From a virus, in the IMG/VR virus record IMGVR_UViG_3300045988_126837: DNA of 17,615 nt. One strand, written 5' to 3'. The notes under the pieces are model-generated. The model made no database searches, was not told the DNA's origin, and was given only the letters and a program-made list of their open reading frames with translations. Shown piece by piece: positions 5,911 to 13,569 of this stretch. The position numbers were made by a program, and so were the translations under genes. The stretch's first letter is position 1, and every line of letters starts with the position of its first letter.

Positions 5911-6081
5911 TTGCTTAAAAAATTTGTGTTTATTAGCGTTTTAGTTTTAATATTACTGTTTCTTGTCTTTCTGTTATATTTACTTACTTTAAGACCAGAT
6001 ATGATATTGATTATTGGCATATCTGGTGTAATAGTGATATGGTGGACTATTGTGCTCATAATGTTATATTTAAGGATGTGA
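5911..6081 (+). CDS. Small membrane protein with two predicted TM helices, 56 aa, TTG start
   Basis: AGGTGA SD (5899-5904) lies 6 nt before TTG 5911. Two hydrophobic stretches (FVFISVLVLILLFLVFLLYLL and MILIIGISGVIVIWWTIVLIMLYL) are separated by TLRPD. Confidence 0.45.
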   Translation: MLKKFVFISVLVLILLFLVFLLYLLTLRPDMILIIGISGVIVIWWTIVLIMLYLRM

Positions 6082-6085
6082 TAAT

Positions 6086-6262
6086 ATGAAAGCACCCTGT
6101 AAAGATTGTGACAAAAGATGTTTAAATTGTCATTCAGCTTGTGAAGAATACTTTCAATACAGGCGTGAAATAATGAAAGTGTCTGTCGCTGAGTACAATG
6201 ATTCAAACCATAAGGCATACGTTAGTGAAGCACGCCAGAGAATGAAGAAAAGAAAGAGGTAA
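6086..6262 (+). CDS. Cysteine-rich small protein, 58 aa, putative zinc-binding (CxxCx3CxxCHx2C) with a basic C-terminus
   Basis: AAGGATG SD lies 7 nt upstream. The sequence is MKAPCKDCDKRCLNCHSACEEYFQYRRE...RQRMKKRKR. Not in the ORF track. Confidence 0.55.
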   Translation: MKAPCKDCDKRCLNCHSACEEYFQYRREIMKVSVAEYNDSNHKAYVSEARQRMKKRKR

Positions 6263-6265
6263 AAT

Positions 6266-6370
6266 ATGACACTATATGATTTAACTAAGGTTTTTAAATT
6301 CAAGCACAAAAGTAATGATTTATGTAAGAAAACAGATTGGCAATATAGTTGTTGTCTTACATACAAATGA
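6266..6370 (+). CDS. Possible 34-aa ORF (MTLYDLTKVFKFKHKSNDLCKK...)
   Basis: It has a good SD (AAGAGG, 6 nt spacing), but it overlaps the 6315..6515 ORF by 56 nt in another frame, so only one of the two may be real. Confidence 0.3.
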   Translation: MTLYDLTKVFKFKHKSNDLCKKTDWQYSCCLTYK

Positions 6371-6515
6371 TATTAGCAAAGACGAATTATTTGGCTTGTG
6401 TGTTGCAAGCAACAAATTAAATGACGCAGAAATTCTTATGCTAATGGCTAAAGACGATTGTGTTCACGTCGGAATAGGTGAAATAGTTGTAAACAGTAAT
6501 ACAAGAATTATATAA
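6315..6515 (+). CDS. Hypothetical protein, 66 aa
   Basis: The ORF has a protein-like sequence pattern but no convincing SD before ATG 6315. Confidence 0.45.
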   Translation: MIYVRKQIGNIVVVLHTNDISKDELFGLCVASNKLNDAEILMLMAKDDCVHVGIGEIVVNSNTRII

Positions 6516-6533
6516 AAGTTAGGAGAAATAAAC

Positions 6534-6752
6534 ATGGATATTGAAAATAACAATAAGAGTAACAAGATTCTGGTAGACTTTTTAGCAATTAAAGTAAATA
6601 ATATAGACAATAGGCCTTACTATACTATAATATATCATCCTGTTAATAGTGAAAACTCTTATGAGGGGTATGGCAGTTATAGCCTATACCTTGTCAATGA
6701 ATGGATGGGAGAACATTTTATTAAAAAAGAGTTCGGTGATATAAATGACTAA
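6534..6752 (+). CDS. Hypothetical protein, 72 aa
   Basis: AGGAG SD lies 8 nt upstream of the ATG. No family recognised. Confidence 0.7.
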   Translation: MDIENNNKSNKILVDFLAIKVNNIDNRPYYTIIYHPVNSENSYEGYGSYSLYLVNEWMGEHFIKKEFGDIND

Positions 6753-6879
6753 TATACTCAATTTGTTTTTTGTACTTGTTATGATATCAGCCATAAGTGC
6801 CAGACTGTTCAATGAATTAACGTTATTTTTTATAATGTGCGTTTATTCGCTACTTTTGTGCATGACATTAGCAAATTAA
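6745..6879 (+). CDS. Small hydrophobic (about two TM) peptide, 44 aa (MTNILNLFFVLVMISAISARLF...)
   Basis: An ATGACTAA overlap joins it to the upstream stop, and GGTGA SD lies 5 nt upstream. It is the last + strand ORF before the terminator. Not in the ORF track. Confidence 0.4.
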   Translation: MTNILNLFFVLVMISAISARLFNELTLFFIMCVYSLLLCMTLAN

Positions 6880-6883
6880 AAAT

Positions 6884-6909
6884 AAGGGAGCTAATAAAAA
6901 AGCTCCCTT
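6884..6909. terminator. Bidirectional intrinsic terminator between the convergent early (+) and late (-) transcription units
   Basis: AAGGGAGC (6884-6891) pairs with GCTCCCTT (6902-6909) as an 8-bp GC-rich stem. TTTGTT follows on the + strand, and TTTTTAATTT follows on the - strand. Confidence 0.7.
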
Positions 6910-6913
6910 TGTT

Positions 6914-6931
6914 ATGTTTCACGTGAAACAT
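6914..6931. repeat. 18-bp perfect palindrome ATGTTTCACGTGAAACAT, copy 2
   Basis: It is identical to 2355-2372. It lies 4 nt from the terminator stem and overlaps the last base of the appendage gene's stop codon. Confidence 0.9.
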
Positions 6932-8613
6932 TAATTTATAAAATCGCCGTAATTTAAAATAGTTTTAACAATATTTGTACTAGCTGTCTTTGTGAATTCT
7001 TTGCCAGAGGCCGCACACATAAACAATCTTAAATTAGTTGTGTCAAAAACAGTCTGATTAAAAACGCCCTGTAAATAAGAATATCTAATAAGTACGTCGT
7101 TTGAATATGACTTTATCATATTAGGTGAACTCCCGTCCTCATTAACAATTTCACAAAATTGTACTACAATGCCGTCACACTCATTTGCAATGTAAAGCGT
7201 GTGACTATCACAAATAATATGATTATCTGTAACATACGCATTAGGACTTTTTTTAATATAAAGGCCGTACAAATCGGTATTTGTAGTTTTACCAAGGCCC
7301 CCACATCTTATGTCATTACTATTTAATTTACATTCTTTTACATTATCGATTTTTACAGCAATATAATTACTTTCAATCATGTTGTTATTAATATTGCATT
7401 TTGTAATTGTTCTTCCCCCTGAATTACCAACAAAAATACCAATGCTTGATGAAATAGTATAACGGTCTGTGTTAGTCATTGACTTTTTTAATGTGTTTTG
7501 AGATATAACAATCCCACTAATATCACGATTAATGAAATTAGTGTCGATTGCTATGTAGTTATCCTCACAATCCTCAATAATGTTACCAACAATACTTATT
7601 GCGTCACCAATGACAAAGATTGCGTCTCTATTACTGTTTCTTATTTTGCAATTTGACACTGTTACATTGTCGCAATCATTTAGCTGAATTGACATAGCTG
7701 TTGCGTTTTCAAAAATACAGTTTTCTATTAAAATGTTATTGTACTTATTTCCAGAAATTGTGTCAATAATTGGTCTGCCATTTGATGACGGTCTATCATA
7801 TGTGTGTTTATTTACTTTTTGTCCTGCATTATTCATACCACCATCAAATTTGACATTATTAAATACACAGTTATCACCAGAAACTTTAATTAACCCATCG
7901 TTAGGGTCGCTTGAAACGTCTATAATGAGCGAATGTAAGCACGAAAAGTTACCATTTATGATTGTGTCACCCATAACAGTAAGTGGTGAGCTGAAACCGT
8001 ATTTTTTGTTTGGCGTGAATGAAACGCATTTACACGTATTCAACAGGTTTTTTAAACCTGTAGTATCATCACTATCATTACCTTTACATCCAAACTGCTC
8101 TGGTCTACCAGAATCACCAACAAAATAAGCAAAAAGGCCATTTAATAATGGTATATTGTAACCTGAATTAACATCTAATATAAGATAAGTAGCGTTACCA
8201 TTGTCGTTTACAGTATAATAGCCAGAAGTAATTACAATGTCATTTAAAGAAATATCCATATCGTTAACCATTTCTAACACTGTAACACACTTTACTGCCC
8301 TTTTATTTACACTTTTGTTTAACTTAGAAAAAATAACGTTGTTAATCAAATCAGCTAAAGTTCCATCTTGTGCCATTTCATCAAGCTTTTTATCAATCAT
8401 TTTTTGAATGTCTAAACTATCAAAATAGTGATTAACATATTCAATAAGTTCATTAATTGTGTCGCCAAGCTCATTGCTTTTTTCAATGACTTTATTCAAC
8501 AGCTCATAATAACTTAATTCATCCCCGTACACCTGCGGTAAAACAGGAATCGTGTGGTTGCACCATTCTCTAAAATTTCTAGGCTTAAAACTCATATATT
8601 GAATCACTCCCAT
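6931..8613 (-). CDS. Tail appendage / receptor-binding protein with a right-handed parallel beta-helix (phi29 gp12 position; possible glycan depolymerase)
   Basis: It is the last gene of the late operon, after the lower collar. Repetitive beta-helix rungs are visible (NCIFENATAMSIQLNDCDNVTVSNCKIRNSNRDAIFV, IVGNIIEDCEDNYIAID, NINNNMIESNYIAVKIDN). The N-terminal ~100 aa form a helical anchor. An alternative start exists at 8595. Confidence 0.7.
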   Translation of the reverse strand: MGVIQYMSFKPRNFREWCNHTIPVLPQVYGDELSYYELLNKVIEKSNELGDTINELIEYVNHYFDSLDIQKMIDKKLDEMAQDGTLADLINNVIFSKLNKSVNKRAVKCVTVLEMVNDMDISLNDIVITSGYYTVNDNGNATYLILDVNSGYNIPLLNGLFAYFVGDSGRPEQFGCKGNDSDDTTGLKNLLNTCKCVSFTPNKKYGFSSPLTVMGDTIINGNFSCLHSLIIDVSSDPNDGLIKVSGDNCVFNNVKFDGGMNNAGQKVNKHTYDRPSSNGRPIIDTISGNKYNNILIENCIFENATAMSIQLNDCDNVTVSNCKIRNSNRDAIFVIGDAISIVGNIIEDCEDNYIAIDTNFINRDISGIVISQNTLKKSMTNTDRYTISSSIGIFVGNSGGRTITKCNINNNMIESNYIAVKIDNVKECKLNSNDIRCGGLGKTTNTDLYGLYIKKSPNAYVTDNHIICDSHTLYIANECDGIVVQFCEIVNEDGSSPNMIKSYSNDVLIRYSYLQGVFNQTVFDTTNLRLFMCAASGKEFTKTASTNIVKTILNYGDFIN

Positions 8614-9344
8614 ATATCCCAGATTTGCATAAATAAATCTTCAAGTTCACAAATTAACATATCGTCAATGTTTTTCATCTTTTCGATGTATTCATTTACC
8701 ATGCTAATATAAGTTATCGTACCCTCTTTTCCCCATCTATGTTCTGCATACTCTTCTGTACTCTTTGCATTTGTGTCACTGTTGCTCTTACTGTTGCTAC
8801 TGCTATTCGTGTTGCTGTTTACAGCTTGTGTTGTATCACTAAGTGTTGCATCACTCATATATTCGTTAGCTTCAAGGTCCTCTAAACTGCCTTGAGGTGT
8901 ATCACTGTGTCTAATCTTTGCACTAGCTGTTGTGTTTGTTGTTGTGCTAGAATTCGCTGTGATATCTGTGTTGTCATTAACTTTTGTGTCAGCATTTCTA
9001 CCTATATTATGTTCGACATTCATATCAACGTTATAAATAACAGGGATATCAATGTTAATCGCTTTATAAAGCTTGTTGTAATACGGCATAATCACTGATA
9101 GTTTAGCGTCAAGTCTTAACTGCCACAACCCAAACGTTTCGCACCCAATTTCTCTGGTATAAAAATGTTTAAGTATCTTTGTCTCAAGTACAGACCTATA
9201 ACTTTCGTCAAATAATTCAAAAGGCGGAAAGATTCTGTTTCTTGACTTTTCAATGACTTCATTAACATTTGAATAGCCAACCGATTTGTTAAGGCCTGCA
9301 AGTGATTCACAGATATATCTTACTTCTGTTGTGTATCTACTCAT
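8604..9344 (-). CDS. Lower collar protein (phi29 gp11 position), 246 aa, with an internal N/S/T-rich low-complexity segment
   Basis: It lies between the connector and the appendage. AGAGAGGTGA SD lies upstream. The low-complexity run NSNTNSSSNSKSNSDTNAKS is encoded by GTTGCT-type repeats at about 8770-8825. Confidence 0.55.
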   Translation of the reverse strand: MSRYTTEVRYICESLAGLNKSVGYSNVNEVIEKSRNRIFPPFELFDESYRSVLETKILKHFYTREIGCETFGLWQLRLDAKLSVIMPYYNKLYKAINIDIPVIYNVDMNVEHNIGRNADTKVNDNTDITANSSTTTNTTASAKIRHSDTPQGSLEDLEANEYMSDATLSDTTQAVNSNTNSSSNSKSNSDTNAKSTEEYAEHRWGKEGTITYISMVNEYIEKMKNIDDMLICELEDLFMQIWDIWE

Positions 9345-9348
9345 GTTA

Positions 9349-10266
9349 TCACCTCTCTATAACAGAAGTGCCTAAACTAGCTACTTTCATACCACTAATA
9401 AATTCTTCTCGATTTCCCTCATCTGTTTCCTTGTCAGGCTCGTCACCCTCATCAAAAACCCATGTTACATCAAGGCCAAACCTTTCTTTAATCTGTTCAC
9501 TTGCGTAATCTCTGGCCATCGTTCTTGAGCGTCTGTTAGCAAGAGCATCAGCATTAGCTGTGTCTACTTCGGATTTCACCATTCTTTCTTTTTTCTGTAC
9601 AATAACAGATGTGATGCCAAGCAGTGCGTTTCCTCTGTTGTAAAGCGTCTGCTGTACTTCCATCAACTGAGGTGCTACCAGTGGAGCGCCAAGCTTTAAT
9701 GCTTTAATATCTTTTAAGGACAAATTATCGCCAACTGCTAAGTATGGATTGTCAGCGTCAACACCTGCCAGAAGATTTTTAAAAGACAATCGCTCATTTT
9801 CCGAACATTGTACAATAACAGGTGTTTTCTGCGCTACACAGTTTGTGTCTATTGTTCCGTCAATTCTCCACAATCTATACGCCAATTCAATGTAAGAATT
9901 GTACATATTTGTTCTAAGCATGTTATCCCAAATGATAACAAATTCGCCCTTGTTTAGCTCCCTCTGATATCCTGTCCAAGGATTCCAAACACGTATTTTT
10001 GTCGGATTTCCATAACAGTCATATGTACCAAGACACGAGTACTGCATGCAGGCATATTCGTCTGCATCCGAATCATAAAAGAAAGCAATAGAACCAAGCT
10101 CAAAAAGCTTTAACGCTAACCATCGTGAGTCTATTTCTTTTGGCAATCCCTCTACACGATAAGAGGCTACAGCATTGCTTGCAAACTTAATCAACCAATG
10201 ATTATATTGAATACCAGAAGAGTACACCCTTTTGAAAAATCTTCGTTTACTTCTACTTCTCCCCAT
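9349..10266 (-). CDS. Head-tail connector / upper collar (portal), phi29 gp10-like
   Basis: The segments AQKTPVIVQCSENERLSFKNLL and VQKKERMVKSEVD resemble phi29 gp10 [21 protein letters not shown] and KKERMVTDEV (recalled from memory). The N-terminus is basic (MGRSRSKRRFFKR), like the gp10 RKR pRNA-binding end. AAGGTGGTGG SD precedes ATG 10266; the track start at 10278 is a GTG. Confidence 0.85.
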   Translation of the reverse strand: MGRSRSKRRFFKRVYSSGIQYNHWLIKFASNAVASYRVEGLPKEIDSRWLALKLFELGSIAFFYDSDADEYACMQYSCLGTYDCYGNPTKIRVWNPWTGYQRELNKGEFVIIWDNMLRTNMYNSYIELAYRLWRIDGTIDTNCVAQKTPVIVQCSENERLSFKNLLAGVDADNPYLAVGDNLSLKDIKALKLGAPLVAPQLMEVQQTLYNRGNALLGITSVIVQKKERMVKSEVDTANADALANRRSRTMARDYASEQIKERFGLDVTWVFDEGDEPDKETDEGNREEFISGMKVASLGTSVIER

Positions 10267-10279
10267 TTTTACCACCACC

Positions 10280-11866
10280 TTATTTATTATTAGCTGTGTA
10301 GTTACCGAAGCTTGTTTTCCAGAATGTTACACCTTTTTTGAGGACACTCATAATTAGTTCTTCCGCATCAGCAGGAATTGCACCTGTTATAGCAACAGTA
10401 GAACACTTTACAAAATTCCATGAGGGTCTAGTGGAAATGTTTGGCACTTTCAATCTGCATACCTTATATCCAAACATACTAAAATAGTTATCGGCTATTC
10501 TAGCATACTCTTCTCTTACTTGACGTACCTGTACAAATGTGTCAAGTATCTGCTGTGACCAAAGAACAGAGCCACCAGAAGCACCACTTAATTTCGATGT
10601 GTCGTGCGTTTCTTTGAAATAGTCTGACGCTGTACTAACAGCACTACTTACAGCACTAACGCCTGCAAGACCTGCCGCCAATAAAGGCATTCCAGCTCCT
10701 GTTTCTATAGCCGCACCTAACCCGACACCTGATCCAACTGTTCTACTGCCTGTCCCCAAAATTCTAGGTAACCAATGAGCAATAGTCCCGCCAAGTTCTC
10801 CTATTCCATAGGATGCTATTTCAGCTTGATATGCGTCGTACATGAAAGAACCTTTTATTCCGTAATTAAGGGTATACCCCTCAGTCTTATTTGTTCCACC
10901 TGTAATTTTATAATTGGTAGGAATACACATTATCTGAGGTGTTACACTTTGATTGCCAGAAAAAGTTAATATTCTGTGTTCATAATCGCTAAACAATTCT
11001 GGATGTAAAATCATCTTGTCACCTGTCGGTGCGTAAACAACATAGTCTACAAAAGGTGAAGAATATAATCTGTTATTTATAGGGGTATAATTGCCAAATT
11101 TTGTTGGTAAAGCAGGCAGTTCCCTTGTTGTCTGTACTCTGGAATCCGTGCCAGATGGTGCAAATATTTTAGGTATTGTGAAAACCTGTATAATGGTTGA
11201 CTGATAGCCCGCTGAAATGACATTGTTCAGAAACGTTAATAAGTCATCGCTGTTATCTGTTGTACCGATTTTAGAACCCTGAAAAATACCGCTCAAAACA
11301 GGCTTGTCAAACCATGTCGGCTGATTAGCGATGCCACTTAACTGCGTATCACTGATACAGATTTCTACACCGTAAGTGTACTGTTTTGAAAACTCTGTCA
11401 ACTGTTCTTCGATTGCTGTAATCATTTCGCCTGTAGGTACATCCTCATTTAGAGTGTGTGCCCCAATACTATCATCAGTAACGTGTTCACGTTCTACAAA
11501 GCATTGTCCTACTGTACAATCCAGAAACCATGTCTGGAATAAATCGACGGTAAACCTTACTTCACATGTGTTATTAGAAACATACTCAATGCTATTAATA
11601 AAAGCATAAAACCACTTGTTTCCAAAAGCTGTATTCTGAAACATTAAATAATTGCATTGATAAACGTCATCTGCTTTACAGAAGAGTCGGAACGTGCCTT
11701 TATTGACACGTCCGTAACTCTGGTTAGTAAATGACTTAACGATTTTACTAGTCATATAAGTATGCTGTGAATTTTTAGATGCAAAATATTTGACATTGTC
11801 GTAACTTTTATCACATTCAACATTAGCAAGCAAATATATGTCGGTATCTGGCGCAATATAGCTCAT
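10280..11866 (-). CDS. Tail knob protein, phi29 gp9-like
   Basis: YLMFQNTAFGNKWFYAFI, VDLFQTWFLD and EREHV closely resemble phi29 gp9 YIMFQNADYGNKWFYAFV, IDVLQTWMFD and REHV (recalled from memory). The gene lies between capsid and connector. Confidence 0.85.
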   Translation of the reverse strand: MSYIAPDTDIYLLANVECDKSYDNVKYFASKNSQHTYMTSKIVKSFTNQSYGRVNKGTFRLFCKADDVYQCNYLMFQNTAFGNKWFYAFINSIEYVSNNTCEVRFTVDLFQTWFLDCTVGQCFVEREHVTDDSIGAHTLNEDVPTGEMITAIEEQLTEFSKQYTYGVEICISDTQLSGIANQPTWFDKPVLSGIFQGSKIGTTDNSDDLLTFLNNVISAGYQSTIIQVFTIPKIFAPSGTDSRVQTTRELPALPTKFGNYTPINNRLYSSPFVDYVVYAPTGDKMILHPELFSDYEHRILTFSGNQSVTPQIMCIPTNYKITGGTNKTEGYTLNYGIKGSFMYDAYQAEIASYGIGELGGTIAHWLPRILGTGSRTVGSGVGLGAAIETGAGMPLLAAGLAGVSAVSSAVSTASDYFKETHDTSKLSGASGGSVLWSQQILDTFVQVRQVREEYARIADNYFSMFGYKVCRLKVPNISTRPSWNFVKCSTVAITGAIPADAEELIMSVLKKGVTFWKTSFGNYTANNK

Positions 11867-11882
11867 TAAGTCACTCTCCTAT

Positions 11883-13268
11883 TTAAGAAACTGTAATAGT
11901 TACCTCATCAGATTCAATAGTACCAATACTTGCTTTTGCTTTCAATGTACCTGTTGTTTCTGCTTTCCAAACGCCGTTTGAAGCAACAGTGCCAGTTGCT
12001 GTCCCATCTGTTTTAGTCCACTTGACTGTCTCTGTACCACCAGTGACTGTTGAAACTGTTGCAGTGAGAATACCAGTCGCTGTGCCATCTTTACCAAGCT
12101 TACCAGTGATCGCAACTGCTGATGGCGTAATTTTTGTGTTATCAGTTGTCTGTGCAGGCACAGATTCAGCAGGAATACAACAAACTACATTTGCAAAAGG
12201 TGACACGGCGTACGTCTGCCACATGTGCAAGAAGTAGTTGTGGTCAAGTGAAACAGGATTCGGCATATCCCGCATTTCAAAAACATTGTCATAAATCTGA
12301 ACAAAATCTTCATCTAAGATAACACCCGCAATGTTATCAAGAAAAGCCATATCATCAGCGGATGGTTCTTTATATGTAGGGTCATTTGCAAAAATCTTGT
12401 TGAGTCTCTCGACGTCCAGTGTACCTAGTGAATCAATAAGAATTCTTCTGTTCAGATAATCTGCATAAGGAAGATTGAATGCACCGGCGAGAACATTTGT
12501 GTCAATGTTTGCGTCATAATTGGTGTTGATAAGAATAACTTTTCTGTCATTCTCCGTAAATGTTTTAACTCCTGCAATAGAGAGCTTGTCTGTCATAAAT
12601 GACATATCATTTGAAGCTTTTCTAAGCTGTGTAGCCGCTTCAAGATAACGCCCACCTGTGAATGTGTAGTAAGTAAGTTTTCCTTTGAGGATGTGCTGAC
12701 CAATCATATATTTTGTAATGTTGAATTCGTCGTAAGCCGCCGCACTGTAAACGGACTGAATGATGCCAGAAACAAGTTCATTCATTCCAGCCCAAGAATT
12801 GAAAGCATTTTTGAGCATCGCGCGATTAACTGTCACAGGGTAAGTTAACTGTGAATTCATCACATAGAAAGCAACTCGTACGTCGTTGTCAAATCGCTTA
12901 AACGTGTTACCTGCACCATTGTCACTGCCTCTTACTTCTTCATACTGATATACATTCGCAATATTTACAAAAATATCTTCAATGGTTTCGCCTGTGTCAA
13001 TGACACCTTTTTTCAGCGTTCTGAGCGGGTTGGTGTACATTCTGCTGGCAATTCTTGCAAAGGCAATCCTGTTGACAAGCGTGTTGATAAATTCGTTCAT
13101 TAAAGCGGGGTTATTCATTAAAATAGCACCAATACCACGAAGCGAATCTGCGTCCGGTGTTGCGTAAGGTACATTCTCACGATAGTTATTTGACGCGCTG
13201 TTTTTAATTGCGTTTACAACGTCAGCTGAAATGTTGGTGTTTGTCGTAATTCTAGGTTTAGTAGGCAT
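11883..13268 (-). CDS. Major capsid protein (phi29 gp8 position) with a C-terminal Ig-like (BIG2-type) domain
   Basis: At 461 aa it is close to the 448 aa of gp8, and it follows the scaffold gene. The C-terminal ~85 aa are T/G/V-rich beta-strand repeats (ITPSAVAITGKLGKDGTATGILTATVSTVTGG...VTITVS), typical of Ig-like decoration domains. Confidence 0.8.
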   Translation of the reverse strand: MPTKPRITTNTNISADVVNAIKNSASNNYRENVPYATPDADSLRGIGAILMNNPALMNEFINTLVNRIAFARIASRMYTNPLRTLKKGVIDTGETIEDIFVNIANVYQYEEVRGSDNGAGNTFKRFDNDVRVAFYVMNSQLTYPVTVNRAMLKNAFNSWAGMNELVSGIIQSVYSAAAYDEFNITKYMIGQHILKGKLTYYTFTGGRYLEAATQLRKASNDMSFMTDKLSIAGVKTFTENDRKVILINTNYDANIDTNVLAGAFNLPYADYLNRRILIDSLGTLDVERLNKIFANDPTYKEPSADDMAFLDNIAGVILDEDFVQIYDNVFEMRDMPNPVSLDHNYFLHMWQTYAVSPFANVVCCIPAESVPAQTTDNTKITPSAVAITGKLGKDGTATGILTATVSTVTGGTETVKWTKTDGTATGTVASNGVWKAETTGTLKAKASIGTIESDEVTITVS

Positions 13269-13283
13269 ATAAAAATCACTCCT

Positions 13284-13568
13284 TTATTTATTCTCACCGT
13301 ATAACACGGTATCAATAGTTAACTTTTTCATTTCATCCTCTGGGTCTGGATCTAGCTCTGGTGGCATTGGTGGCTGAGGTGGACCGCCCTCTTTGAATCT
13401 TGCTGTATATCTTTCTCGCCATTCCTTGTCATTGTCAACGTACTTCTGATGCCAATCCTCACCGTCATCAATACCATCATCGTTGATTGTTTCTAAAATG
13501 CTGATAGCATCATCATCTGTTCTGTCACCAACAAATGCTAATAATGCATCTTTTGTTGCCTGTTTCAT
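13284..13568 (-). CDS. Scaffolding protein candidate (phi29 gp7 position), 94 aa, very acidic
   Basis: It lies immediately upstream of the capsid gene, its size matches gp7 (98 aa), and it is D/E-rich with a proline-rich linker. AGAGGTGGT SD lies upstream. Confidence 0.55.
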   Translation of the reverse strand: MKQATKDALLAFVGDRTDDDAISILETINDDGIDDGEDWHQKYVDNDKEWRERYTARFKEGGPPQPPMPPELDPDPEDEMKKLTIDTVLYGENK

Positions 13569-13569
13569 G

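Noticed and set aside
5868-6366. Two - strand track ORFs (5868..6218, 116 aa; 6154..6366, 70 aa)
   Set aside because: They are antisense shadows of a chain of + strand micro-ORFs that have proper SDs and stop/start overlaps. Their translations are low-complexity and they have no SD.
133-6775. Shared 10-mer TTTTTTGTAC at 133-142 and 6766-6775
   Set aside because: It is short and AT-rich, it is plausible by chance in this composition, and the second copy lies inside a coding micro-ORF.
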